A DNA stretch of 64,000 nt, taken from contig NC_086097.1 in NCBI RefSeq assembly GCF_963921235.1, forward strand, positions 15,686,001-15,750,000, read 5' to 3'. This document shows positions 52,256-64,000 of this stretch, one piece after another (the stretch's first letter is position 1; the number at the start of each line of letters is the position of its first letter). The translations under genes and the position numbers were made by a program. The DNA is from Mobula hypostoma. Taxonomy: Eukaryota. Below the pieces are notes generated by a model. The model searched no databases and was not told where the DNA came from. It was given only the letters and a program-made list of their open reading frames with translations.

Positions 52256-53629
52256 TATATAATTTAAAAAAGATAGATAGGAAAGGGTATTAAAAGGATT
52301 TACTTGCCAACTGAGGATGAATCATTTATTTACAATTAATTTGGGAAAATATCCATCTAGTTCTAGTTAAATCTGGTGAAGTAAATAAATCCTGTAGAGA
52401 AGAGAATTAGCACACCGATAAACGTATATGTTAGAAACTGAATTTTATACCGGCATACTTTATGTGGATATAAAATAAATTTTATTTAATTAAAAAATGT
52501 GGTAAGTGAATAAAATTAAGGTTAAGTATTTTGTTCGTTATGCTCACTGTGATTACTACTAAAGAAGGTCTCTTTTAAAAGCAAACTCTTATTCACTAAT
52601 ATTTTTTAACCAACACCTTGTTGTCTTTAGCAACAAGTGTTGCCATGTTGCTTCAGGCAAGCCACAGCTGTGCGATATAGTTCAGAAATTCTTTCATTGG
52701 GAAAATAAATCCTGCAGGAAATTATGTAATTCAAACTAATATTTTACTTGGGAATTGAGGTGATTAATTTGTACAAAAATGTTTATTAATGATAACATCT
52801 ATTTTTCTCTGGGGATTGACTAATTTATCATTGGGTTTATATTAACCACAGTTAGCTTTGAAACTCTTCTACACAATGCTACTGTTTAGTTTTATTGATA
52901 AAGGCTCAACTTTCTGAGGGCTGCAGGTTATTTTAGTCTTGCGTAAAGTTCACACTATTTCATCATTTTGGTGATTGGAAGCTTTATTGTGGAAACAATG
53001 CCCTCCTCCATTCCTGCTCTTCCCAACCAGACCCTGTTGGCCGAACAAAAAATGCTTTGTTTATCTAATATTTCCTATTGAAGAGAAGAGTAATTACAGA
53101 GAGTTTGAAGGAAACCCATGTGGTCATAGCAAAAAGGTGCACTAACCACTACACTACTGTGACACCCTGGGTTGAATGCACATAGGTTTCCTTCCCAGGG
53201 TTGAGGAACGAAGAACTAGAGGATATGGATTTAGGGAACAGGTTTAATAGGAACTTGAAGGGCAACTTTTTTCACCCAGAAGTTGGTCAACGTAGGGTAC
53301 AAGCTGACAGAGACATGTACATTAATGACATTTATAAGGCACTCGAAAAGGTGCGTGGGTGGGAAAGGTTTAGAGGGGTATGGGCCAAGTATGGACAAAT
53401 GGAATCTTGGACCAGTTGGATTCAAGGATCTGATCCCATGTTGCATGATTCTGTTATAGTCTCTAACATGACAAGCCTGAGTGCTTTCATCCCAAACTTG
53501 AAGGAACACATCCCCTCCCACCCACCCACCCACACACCCACATTTGCAGCAACAGGAAACTCCTACACCTCTTTAATCCTTTATGTATTCAGTGGATATT
53601 TATCTCCTCCTTTCGGGTTGAATTTGAAC

Positions 53630-54760
53630 GTGTAACCCCAGTCAGTACAGATTGGCAACAGCATCTCCTCCACAATGTCCATTAGCACAGGTGCAGTTCA
53701 AGGCTGTGTGCTTAGCCCCCTGTTCTACTAGCGTTACACTCTGGACTCTGTGGCTAAGCACAGGCCCAATGCTATATTCAAGTTTGCTGATGACACCACT
53801 GTCATTGGCCAGATCAAAGGTGGTGATGAATCAGCATATTGGAGGGAGATTGAAAATCTGGCTGAGTGGTGCCACAACAACCTCTCACTCACTGTCAGCA
53901 AAACCAAGGAGCTGATTATTGACTTCAGGGGGTGGAAACCAGAGGTCCATGAGCCAGTCCTCATCAAAGGATCAGAGATGGAGAGGGTCAGTAACTTTAA
54001 ATTCCTCAGAGTTAATATTTCAGAGGATCTGGCCTGGACTCAGCATATGTGCAATTATGAAAAAAAGCATAACAATGCCTCTAATTCTTTGGCATTTGCA
54101 AAGATTTGGCATGACATCTAAAACTTTGACAGACTTCTATAGATCTGTAATGGAGAGTACATTGACTGGTTGCATCACAGCCTGGAAACACCAACACCTT
54201 TGAATGGAAAATCCTACAAAAAGTAGTGAATAGAGCCTGGTCCATCTTGGGTAAAGCCCACCCCACCATAGAGCACATCTGAACAGAGTGCTGTCACAGG
54301 AAAGCAGCATTCCTCATCAGGGACACCCAACTCCCAGTTCATGCCCTCTTCTCACTGCTGCCATCAGGAACAAGGTAGGGGAGCTTCAAGGCTCATACCA
54401 CCAGATTCAGAAACAGTTATTGCCCCTCAACCATCAGGCTCTCGAACGAAAGGGGATAACTTCAGTCAACTTTGCTTGTCTATCACTGAACTGTTCCCAC
54501 AACCTATGGACTCACTTTTAAGGACTCTTCATTTCATATTCTCAATATTTATTTATTGTTTGTTTGTTTATTTATTTATTTATTCTTTTTGCATTTGTAC
54601 ACTTGGTTATCTTTTGCACATTGGTTGTCTACCCTGCTGAATGCAGTCTTTCATTGTTTCTATTATAGTTCTTGGATTTATTGAGAATGCCCGGAAGAAA
54701 ATGAATCTCAGGGTTGTATATGGTGACACTAAAATTTAATTTGAACTTTGAACTTTGAAT
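53630..54760 (+). mobile_element. Rex1/Babar LINE remnant
   Basis: FKFADDTTVIG, VSKTKELIIDFR, (TTTGAAC)n tail. Confidence 0.85.
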
Positions 54761-57429
54761 CCTTCTAAGATTGAAGTAGTGTGCCCTTCTGACAAACTCC
54801 AACTCCTTTTCTAAAGCAACATTATACGTTTTCTGTCTAATTGTCCTCATAGGAAAAGGCAAATTGGTAACGAGGGGCATATTGTCTTGATATTAGGAGA
54901 AGCTGTGTTGATGAAGGGGACAGATCATTAAATAATAATCTTAGGTTAATCATTAATTGTAGGTTGGGCTCATTCTTGACAAGGTTGTTAACCTCAGTAA
55001 TACTATAACTACCTGCTACTTAAGCAAAGCAAAATCCTTGGCCAGGAATGCAGCAAGACAGACAGGCAATTAATATTGGTGATTAGTCTTTCTAGTGCTT
55101 TTATCTCTGAAGTACATTCCTCCCCAAATTGGAATTTAACAGAATGTAGTTAAACAGATAAGAACTTGAGAGTGAAATAAAGTACATATTGCAGCACATA
55201 TTTCCTGAGATTTGTCCTTGAAGAACAATCACAGCAAAAATAAAGATTGAAAATGGATAATAGTGGCACCAACCACCAATGAGCTTCCATAACATTCAGG
55301 TGAAAGTGGTCATTAGCGCCACCCTCTGGCCCTTCCACAACAATGCTTATGGTATAGACTTCATGGTTTTTGCACAGAGGGACAGGATAGCTGAGCTGTT
55401 AGTGTGACCTGCCTCATTTACTGATATAATTATGATTATAGCCCATCCTTCACTAAAATTATCTCACCATTCCATTTTTAAACTGCTAAATCCTCTGTAT
55501 GATTTTAGAAACATAGAAAACCTACAGCACAGTACAGGCCCTTCGGCCCACAATGCTGTGCCAGACATGTACTTACAATGTACTTTTCATTGCCTAATTT
55601 GAAATATTAGTAACTTTAGATATTCTCTGAGGTTTCGCCAGAGGGTGGTAAATCTTTGGAATTTGTTGCCACGGGCGGCAGTGGAGGCCAAGTCATTGGG
55701 TGTATTTAAGGCAGAGATTGATAGGTATCTGAGTAGCCAGGGCATCAAGGGTTATGGTGAGAAGGTGGGGGAGTGGGACTAAATGGGAGAATGGATCAGC
55801 TCATGATAAAATGGCGGAGCAGACTCGATGGGCCGAATGGCCGACTTCTGCTCCTTTGTCTTATGGTCTTATGGTCTACTGTATATAAACTTCTATTTAT
55901 TTCTTACATGGTTTCAATCAGATCTACATCTCACCTATTTGAGATTATTGAGAGAAATAAATAACTGGCTGCTATCTACTCTTGTATTACAATAAAATGA
56001 ACAATTTTTGGAAAGAAAAATGTTAACAAAATTGATTAATTTAATATTGATTTACTGAAACAGAGAATCCAGCAATCCCCCGGTAACCCTAACCTTACCA
56101 CAGGATAATTTACAATGACCAATTAACCTGTAAGTCTTTAGACTGTGGGAGGAAACTGGAACATTCGGAGGAAGCCCACACAGTTATAGGGAGGGCATAC
56201 AATCTCCTTATGAGCAGCAGCGGGAATAGAACCTGGGCTGTTGGTACTGTAAAGTGTTGTGCCCACTTTGTATTCACTAATATAGCAAAATATTTAATGA
56301 AAATAAACTAATTTTTTTTAAATATTAAAAACTTAGATTTCTGTTGTTAATATGGTAAAATGTAATAACTTTTAAATTCAGGAGCTTAGTGTAAGTTATA
56401 CAGTATTTACATGGCATTGTTAATTTAAAAGTGTTCAGCTTAGCATAAATTCTTTGAGTTTTAAGTGGGGATTTTATTTGTTTAATTTTTCATTCTCAGA
56501 GCACAGATGTCATTGGCAAAATTAGCAATCATTGCTCATCCCTAGCTGTCCTTTGAACAAAGAAAGTGGGTAGTTGGGTTAGAGAGCAGATATAATGGCC
56601 AGGCAGATGAGGACAACAGATTTCCTCCCTGAAGGATCCCAGTAAACAAATTTATTTCATTGCAGTCCAGTAGGTTCACCCTCAGGGTCAGAAATTCAAA
56701 AATGTGAACTTGTTTTTTCTCAACTTTATGAATGGAAAATCAGTTTGTCTCTGAAGTTGTTCCATGTCACACTGAGAACATAACTGGGCACTGCAATTTG
56801 GAGTGTTGGTGTTATTTCATTTCACACTAGGAGTAGAGCTGTGTATTTCCTGATGCCATTCCCTATGTAATAGGAAGTCCATGTCTCACAGGATTGATTA
56901 CATTTGGTAGCCTCCCAGATCAACCTTGTTGGATTGGAACCTCTGTAAAAGATCCGAGTAAAGCTCTTCTCATTTTCAATCATTATGCATTTAAATTAGA
57001 ATCAGAACAGGCCCTCCAACTCACTAAACCACGCCACCTAGTGATTAACCCTTGCCTAATCACAGAAAATTTTACAACTACCAATTACCCTACTAACTGG
57101 CACATCTTGGGACTGTGGAAGGAAACTGGAGCACCCGGAGGAAACTCACACTCACACGAGAAGGAACATACAAACTTTCTGGAACTGAACTCCAAATTCT
57201 GACACCCTGAGATATAATAACATTGTGCTAACTGCTCCAATACTGTAGTGCCCAGATCTTTATCTTTAAATGGGATTTCAATGCAGGATTTAGGAGAAAT
57301 GATTGTCAGAACTGATTAAAGTAAGATTAGAAGATTAGTTTTATTTGTCACACGTGCATCAAAACATACAGTGAAATGCATCATATGCATCAAATCAAAT
57401 CAGTGAGGATTGAGCTTGGCAGACTGTAA

Positions 57430-57944
57430 AGGCTGATTTATACTTGTGCGTCAACTCAACGCTGTAACCTACGCAAGTGACCTACACACGTTGTGAGCTT
57501 TTATACTTGTGTGTTGGTGTGTCTGCGTCGCTCTGCAATTCGGGCACATCGCGCATGCGCACACACCTGCCCGTGCAAGGCTTCATGGTCATCGTAGTCT
57601 TTCTCGGGGTAAACAAGTTTAAAGCGAGCGTCTTTTTTCGTAAAAGCGAAATGTGTCCTCCATAATTTCGGAGGACTGTAAAGCTTTATGGGAAGCATTG
57701 CAGCCAGAGTTCCTTCCCTGCCCTTCAGTCGGCCAATGGGAAGCTATTGCAGCGTAGGAGGAAATGCGATGCTACCAGGCGGACCGATCACAATTGCTGC
57801 AGTCTGCGTTGCTGCGAGGCATAGTTACATTCTGGGACAGGTGCGCATCAGGCTACGGCGTAGAGATCCGTGTAAGCTCTGCGTAGGGTTCGTGGCAACG
57901 CCGTACTTACGGCGTCGAGTTGACGCAGAAGTATAAATCAGTCT
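57430..57944. mobile_element. PIF/Harbinger-type MITE inserted in a SINE
   Basis: 28-bp TIRs aggctgatttatacttgtgcgtcaactc (57430-57457) and gagttgacgcagaagtataaatcagtct (57917-57944), 2 mismatches. TAA TSD at 57427-57429 and 57945-57947. Confidence 0.85.
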
Positions 57945-58842
57945 TAAGTGTCGCCACGCTTCCAGCCTCAACATAACGTGCCCACAACTCACTAGCCCTA
58001 ACCTGAACCATACTTCACTGGAATGGGGGCGGAAACGGAGTACATACAAACTCCTTATAGCCAACGGCTACCTTACAACTGGCTATTGTAAAGCGTTGCG
58101 CTAACCACTGCGCTACAAAACAGCGCTTATAAAACAGTATTCATTCAACCTTAAGTAGTTTATCCAAGTGACTGTTGGTTCCAGTAGTCTTGAGTCAATG
58201 CAGCAAAAATAACAAACTTTTATTGTAAATCCATATCAAACTGGCCGCAGGACAACTGAGATGAATTGTACCTAATAGGTTCCATATCTGAGACTGGGAT
58301 TGAAGCGCATTATTTTCTAATTAAGGAGAGGTTCTGAGTTGCATTTAATGTAAAGCAGCAGGAATAAATCTGGCCTTCAATTCAAATGCGATTTGAATGC
58401 ACGCATGTGTCTACAATATACATTCATCTTGTGTGGCTCTCCAAAGTGGTCAAATATAAGTACCAGAGCCAATGTTAGTACAGGGAATCGTGGGCATAGG
58501 AGAAAGCTCTCAGGCGATCTCCAACAAGCTTCTTGACAGGATTTGTACAAGTGCTGAAGCAGCTTACTGAAGTCATACCCCTACACATTTATGAGGGACC
58601 CCCTTCCCTCTGGGAAAATGACAGGAAAAGCCAGTGTATTATGTCCCAGCTGAAATCTGCCAGACCTTGTCCATGAAGAAGCTATGTTTTAATAGAACTT
58701 TCCCACTTTGTATTTACTAAGGTAGCATAATATTGAACTAAAATAAACTTAATTTGTAAAAGATCTAAGATATGTGCATTCTGCTCACTGTTATATGAAG
58801 ATCAAGTGAGTTAATTTATTAAAATACATATTTCAATAAGAG

Positions 58843-59103
58843 TCAGAACAAACATGAGAAAATCTGCAGATGCTCGAAATTCAAGGCAAAACACAGAAAT
58901 GCTGGAGGAATTCAGCAGGTCAGACAGCATCTATGGAAATGAATAAACAGTCTGATGTTGATGATGAGGGATCTCGGCCCGAAACGCTGACTGACCCACT
59001 GAGACCAATAAGACAAGGCAATGTGCAAGTGCTGGAAATCCAAGCAAAACAGATGCTGCCTGGCCTGCTGAGTTCCTCCAGCATTTTGTGTGTGTTGCTT
59101 GAG
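58843..59103. mobile_element. Penelope-derived fold-back miniature with degenerate hammerhead
   Basis: aaatgctggaggaattcagcagg / cctgctgagttcctccagcatttt arms, with gatgaggggatctcggcccgaaacg between them. 11-bp TSD ttcaataagag at 58832-58842 and 59104-59114. Confidence 0.72.
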
Positions 59104-59746
59104 TTCAATAAGAGACTGTTTGTTAAAGTCAAACATGGTGCAAAACACTCTCCTATATGAGGTAATTATAGAAAGTACGTAGAAGCTTTAGGGAGGGTGC
59201 AGATAATGATGGTTCGATTGGAAAGCATGCCTTAAGAGGATAAATTGAGCAAGCTGGAGCTTTTTAGAGGATGAGAAGTGACTTGATTGTGGTGTAAAGT
59301 GACAAGTGTTATAGATCAAGTGGAGAGCCAGAGAAATTTTCCCAGGGTGGAAGTGGCCAATATGGGGGGGGGGGCAGGGTGGCATGATTTTAAGGTGATT
59401 GGAGGAAGGTATAGGGGGGTGTCAGAGGTAAGTTAATTACAAGAGAGTGGTGAGTGCATGGAATACTTGCCCAGGTAGTGGTAGATATATTAGGGACATT
59501 TAAGAAACTCTTATTTAGGCACATGGATGATAGAAAAATGGTGGGCTATAAAGGAGGGAAGGGTTAGATTGATCTTAGAGCACGTCAAAAGGTTGCAACA
59601 ACATCATGGGCCGAAGGGCCTGTACTGTTCTATGTTCTTACGTAAATGTTGGGTGTTGACATTATAGAAAAGCAAGCACCAGGACAGTGCAACAAAATGA
59701 CGTGTCGTTCTCAGTTTCTGACCCAGGTGTTTGTTCTTATTTCGAG

Positions 59747-59869
59747 ATATCAACGAGTGCAGCTTCTCAGAGTTCCTCTGCCAGCATCAGTGTGTGAACG
59801 AGCCAGGCGACTACTACTGCATCTGCCCCCAAGGCTACACCATGTACAGCGACAACAGGAGCTGCCAAG
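59747..59869 (+). CDS. FBLN5: Fibulin-5 internal exon (cbEGF; equivalent to exon 8)
   Basis: Acceptor ttcttatttcgag|A, donor G|gtaaag, 123 bp, phase 1-1. Encodes DINECSFSEFLCQHQCVNEPGDYYCICPQGYTMYSDNRSCQ. The CSFSEFLCQH motif fits FBLN5, and an NRS sequon is present. Confidence 0.95.
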
Positions 59870-60100
59870 GTAAAGCCGCTCGCCAATACCGCGTCAAGGC
59901 TGATGCTCTCTGCTGGTTTCTTGAAGGTTGTTCTCACGGGCCCATGATGGCCCTGGCTGTGGTTAAATATCATCCATCTGCAGGTGTTTACCAGAGGGCT
60001 AGGGCTGAGAGGGAGAAGAATGACTCAAAGAGAAAGGTTCCATGCTCCAACATGAAATAAAACAGGGACACAAGAGATTCTGCAGATGTTGGAAACTTGG

Positions 60101-60102
<2 letters not shown>

Positions 60103-60144
<42 letters not shown>
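60103..60144. repeat. (AC)n microsatellite
   Basis: Directly visible. Confidence 0.92.
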
Positions 60145-60146
<2 letters not shown>

Positions 60147-60692
60147 CAGACATCAGTTCTGGGTGCAGATCTGGTCGCCACACTATAGGAAGGATGCAAT
60201 TGTGCTGGAAAAAGTGCAGAAGCTATTCACCAGGCTATTTACTGGATTGGAACACTTCAAGTATGGGAAGAGATCACTTAGGCTGGGCTTGTCTTCCCTG
60301 GAATTACAGAGGTGGAGATAGATGAAATTACAAGAGGCATAGATAGGATATGACTATAAATGTCAGAGCAAGCATGGACTTCGAGACTTTCCTACCATTC
60401 AACAAATTATAACTTCCTCACCATTTCAGAGTAAGAATCCGGTTTATTATCACTAACATATGCTGTGAAATCTGTTGTACTGTGGCAGCTGTACTGTGCA
60501 AAGCACTGAATATACTACGAGCTACAATGAATAAATGGTGCAAAAGAGGAAAAGTGAGGCAGTGTTCATTGCCCATTCAGAAATCTGATGGTCGAGGGGA
60601 AGAAGCTGTTCCTAAAATACTGAACGTAGACCTTCAGGCTTTTGTATCTCCTCTAAGATGCTAGTAATGAGAAGATTTCTCTGATATCGGAC

Positions 60693-61040
60693 ACCCCTTA
60701 TTCTTAAACTGTGGCCTCTGGGTGAGTCCAGAACCAGAGGCCACAGTTTAAGAATAAGGGGTAGGCCATTTAGAATGGAGTTGTGGAAAAACGTTTTCAC
60801 CCAGAGAGTGGTGGATATATGGAATGCTGTGCCCCAGAAGGCTGTGGAGGCCAAGTCTCTGGATGCTTTCAAGAAAGAGATGGATGGAGCTCTTAAAGAT
60901 AGTGGAATCAAAGGTTATGGAGATAAGGCAGGAACTGGATACTGATTGTGGATGATCAGCCATGATCACAGTGAATGGCGGTGCTGGCTCAAAGGGCTGA
61001 ATGGCCTACTCCTGCACCTTTTGTCTATTGTCTATTGAAT
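60693..61040 (+). mobile_element. CR1 3' end with a fold-back at its 5' junction
   Basis: RGHSLRIRGRPFR...FFTQRVV, tail (TCTATTG)n. 29-bp perfect inverted repeat at 60693-60721 / 60734-60762. Confidence 0.8.
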
Positions 61041-62509
61041 GTCTGAACCTTTACACCACCTGTAATGGAGAATCCTTAAGATTTACCATCCTCTGAGTAA
61101 AGATATTTCTCCTCATTTCTTGGCCAACCCTTTATTTTGACGCTGTGACAGCTAGTTCTAGAATTCATGATCAATGGAAACATCTTCTCTACGTCCATCC
61201 TCCAGGTCCTTGGTCAGTCCAAACAACTCACCACATCCACCCTCTGCATATTTTGTATGTTTCAATGAGGTCACCTCTCATTCTTCTCCCACTAAAGGGC
61301 TGAGACCTAGCCTACTTACTCATTCTCTCCTCATGCGAAAATCCTGCCACCCCACCAATTATGTTGAATCTTCACTGCTATCTGTCACACCTCTCAAATT
61401 GCAGATGCCCTCGTTCCTCATGATTCTTTAATCTCCAGTGTTCCAATTTGTAGCCAGGAACTTTGAATCATTCGTGGGTTGAGTATTTGTTCATGTAGAT
61501 GAATCCACGACCTGTCTATCACAAATCTCACAATGCACCTTTTCCACTTGTATTATTGCTCCGGAAGAAGAAAAAGATGGCGCCTGTTGTGTTCTTTACA
61601 CATACAGTGGGTTACTAAGAACAAACCATATTCTGGAAGAATTAAAACTAGTATGTTTATTTACAACAGCAAACAGCAAGCACATCTTTAACATACAGTT
61701 TTTAGATCATTCTGTCATTTCTATGCATGCTCCGAACTCCGTCCAATCACATTCTTACACGTGACCCCAGCACCAACGAACAATGCTACCACGGGCAAAG
61801 TTCTCCAGATGGTGCACAAAGCTCTTTCTTTCACTTATTTTACATCTTCTTTTTCTTTTAAATGTGGTTCTGGTGCTGTTGGAGCCCGTGATCTATAGTT
61901 TGGTATGTGTTTTTGGGGTGATTGAATGATCTAGTGCTTTGGAGGTTCCAGGAGGTGAGCAGCCTCGAGGCTAAGTTGCTTAGAGATGGGACGTGAGCCC
62001 ATGACTCCATTTCTCATCAATCTCACCGATTAAAGTGTCGAGGAAGATTGAAACATTAAGGCAACCGCGGAAAGCGAGCAAGTGTTCAGGCCGTCTACCA
62101 GCCTCTTGCTGGCTGCTGCAAGAGGAAGGTGAATGCGTGCAATGGTCTCTCACTTGTTGCTCCTGGAAGAAATTCCCTGTGTTTGAATGATCTCTCTTTC
62201 CCTCAGTGCTGTCGGAGGATGGTACCGATATTCCAGGCCTGAAGTTTGTAGACTGGACTAATGAACACTGAACTAAACTGAATATGGACGCTTTCAATGT
62301 TGTGTTTTATTTTCTGTGTTTTTGCTCATTCTTTCTTGTTGCCATTTGTGTGAATTGTTTTTCTTTGCATGTGGGGGGGGCGGAGTGGGGCTGATGTTTT
62401 TCTTTGAACTAGTTCCATGGTTGTCTTTGTTTTGTGGCTGTCTGTGGGAAGACAAATCTTGGGGTTGTATGCACACTTTGACAATAAATCCTTTGAATTT
62501 TATACTGTA

Positions 62510-62908
62510 CAGTGCTGTGCAAAAGTCTTAGGTACCCTAGATTTTTTATATGGTTTCAGGTGGCAAGTCCTCCACAGAGTCCTAATCTCAACGTCATTGA
62601 GGCTGTCTGGGATTACATGGAGAGACAGAAGCAAGCGAGGCAGCTAAAGTCTGCAGAATTGTGGCAAGTTCCCTAAGATGCTTGGAACAGCCTACCAGCC
62701 GATTTTCTTACAAAACTGCATGACAGTGTACCTAAGGGAATTGATGCAGTTTTAAAAGCAAGGGGTGGTCACACCAAATTTTGATCTGATTTAGTACTTT
62801 TACTGTTTACTGCTCTTTATAGTAATTTTTTTGATATTTAGAAACTTTTCATTTGATTATTTAATTGCAGATCTTTTTCCACGTGCCTAACACTTTTGCA
62901 CGGTACTG
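62510..62908 (+). mobile_element. Non-autonomous Tc1 element (internal deletion derivative, 399 bp)
   Basis: TA TSDs. TIRs cagtgctgtgcaaaagtcttagg / cctaacacttttgcacggtactg. Transposase C-terminus remnant PPQSPNLNVIEAVW...IDAVLKARGGHTK. Confidence 0.85.
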
Positions 62909-63301
62909 TATCAGATTTTCATTTAATGTTTTAAGAAACGCTGGAGGATGAGCAGAGTCTAGAGCATAAGTGGGGAGGATTGCAAGCTCAGGCTAGATAA
63001 TGAGACACAAGACTGCAGCTGCCAGAGCAACTAACAATCTGCTGGAGGAATTTAGCAGGTCGAGCAGCAAAAAGTCCCCAGCAGACTGTCTGCTGCTCCA
63101 GGAAATCAGAACATTTGATTTTGCAGTTGGTGCCGGAGAAAATCGTTGGGACAAGTCAAGCTGTGTGGTATTGATCTGAAATGAGCTGAAATGTTCACCA
63201 AGATGTCCAGCTCTACGCCCATTTTACAGGGGCAGATCCCACGGCATGCTCTGCAGAGTTGAGAGTGTGGGACAATATTTGAAATGTTTCCTGTTCTTTA
63301 G

Positions 63302-63428
63302 ATATCGATGAGTGTGAGACGGGTAACCACACTTGCCAAGAAGAACAAATCTGCTTCAACATTCCAGGGACGTACAAGTGCCTGGACCCGGTGCGCTGCC
63401 AGGATCCCTACATACAGCTGAATGAAAA
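63302..63428 (+). CDS. FBLN5: Fibulin-5 internal exon (last cbEGF plus start of C-terminal module; equivalent to exon 9). Not in the ORF track.
   Basis: Acceptor ctgttctttag|A, donor AA|gtaag, 127 bp, phase 1-2. Encodes DIDECETGNHTCQEEQICFNIPGTYKCLDPVRCQDPYIQLNE(N), with an NHT sequon. Confidence 0.93.
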
Positions 63429-63554
63429 GTAAGAACTCTGATGGGCAGCTACATGGCAAAGCAGCATATTAGCTAAGAGGGAACTCAAGCTCGTTAGGAG
63501 ACAGGAAGCTGAATATTATGCTCCATAATGTTTTGCTGCATGTTATAGTTTAGT

Positions 63555-64000
63555 CCTGAACACTACAGCATGGAAAAGGGCCTTTCAGCACATCTAAACT
63601 GTGCTGAACTATTAACCTGCCTAGTCCCATCTACCTGCACCTGGATCATAGCTCTCCATACTCCTCCCATCCAAGTAACCATCTAAGTTACTTTTAAATG
63701 TTGAAATCAAACCCAGATCTATTACGTGCACTGGCAGCTTTTTCCACATTCTCACCACCCTCTGAGTGAAGAAGTTTACCCTCGTATTCCGCTTAAATAG
63801 TTCACCTTTCTCCCTTAACCCATGACCTCTAGCTCTAGTCTCACCCAACCTCAGTGGAAAAAGTCTGATTGCATTTACCCTTTCTATATCCTTCATAATT
63901 TTATATACCTCTACCAAATCTCCCCTCTTTCTTCTACGCTCTAGAGAATAAAGTTCTAACCTATTCAACCTTTCCCTATAACTCAAGTCCTCAAGTCATG
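63555..64000 (-). mobile_element. CR1 3' fragment
   Basis: LYSLERRRKRGDL...RGHGLR...FFTQRVV. Confidence 0.85.

Noticed and set aside
52610..52660. RFX X-box-like motif in an AT-rich unique region
   Set aside because: Imperfect match with no conservation evidence.

Overview
Eukaryotic (vertebrate) genomic DNA. The repeat landscape (CR1, Rex1/Babar, HE1-like V-SINEs, Penelope-like elements) suggests a cartilaginous fish, probably a ray or skate; this is an inference. The only host gene is fibulin-5 (FBLN5, + strand). Five internal cbEGF-coding exons lie at 42220-42342, 44639-44755, 46536-46655, 59747-59869 and 63302-63428, and they splice in frame. The first ~42 kb appears to be one very large intron. 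The rest is mostly decayed, often nested transposable elements, which explains most ORFs in the track. Highlights: (1) a Penelope-like retroelement plus a family of tiny, often fold-back derivatives carrying hammerhead ribozyme cores, with 11-14 bp target-site duplications (TSDs); (2) a Gypsy element with no tRNA primer site, whose PBS position instead forms a 16-bp RNA stem with its own LTR poly(A)-signal region, and which has an odd one-ended junction; (3) a PIF/Harbinger MITE and Tc1 miniatures; (4) a FBLN5 exon with a rare GAG acceptor and very high GC3. Boundaries of old repeats are approximate. No database searches were run.
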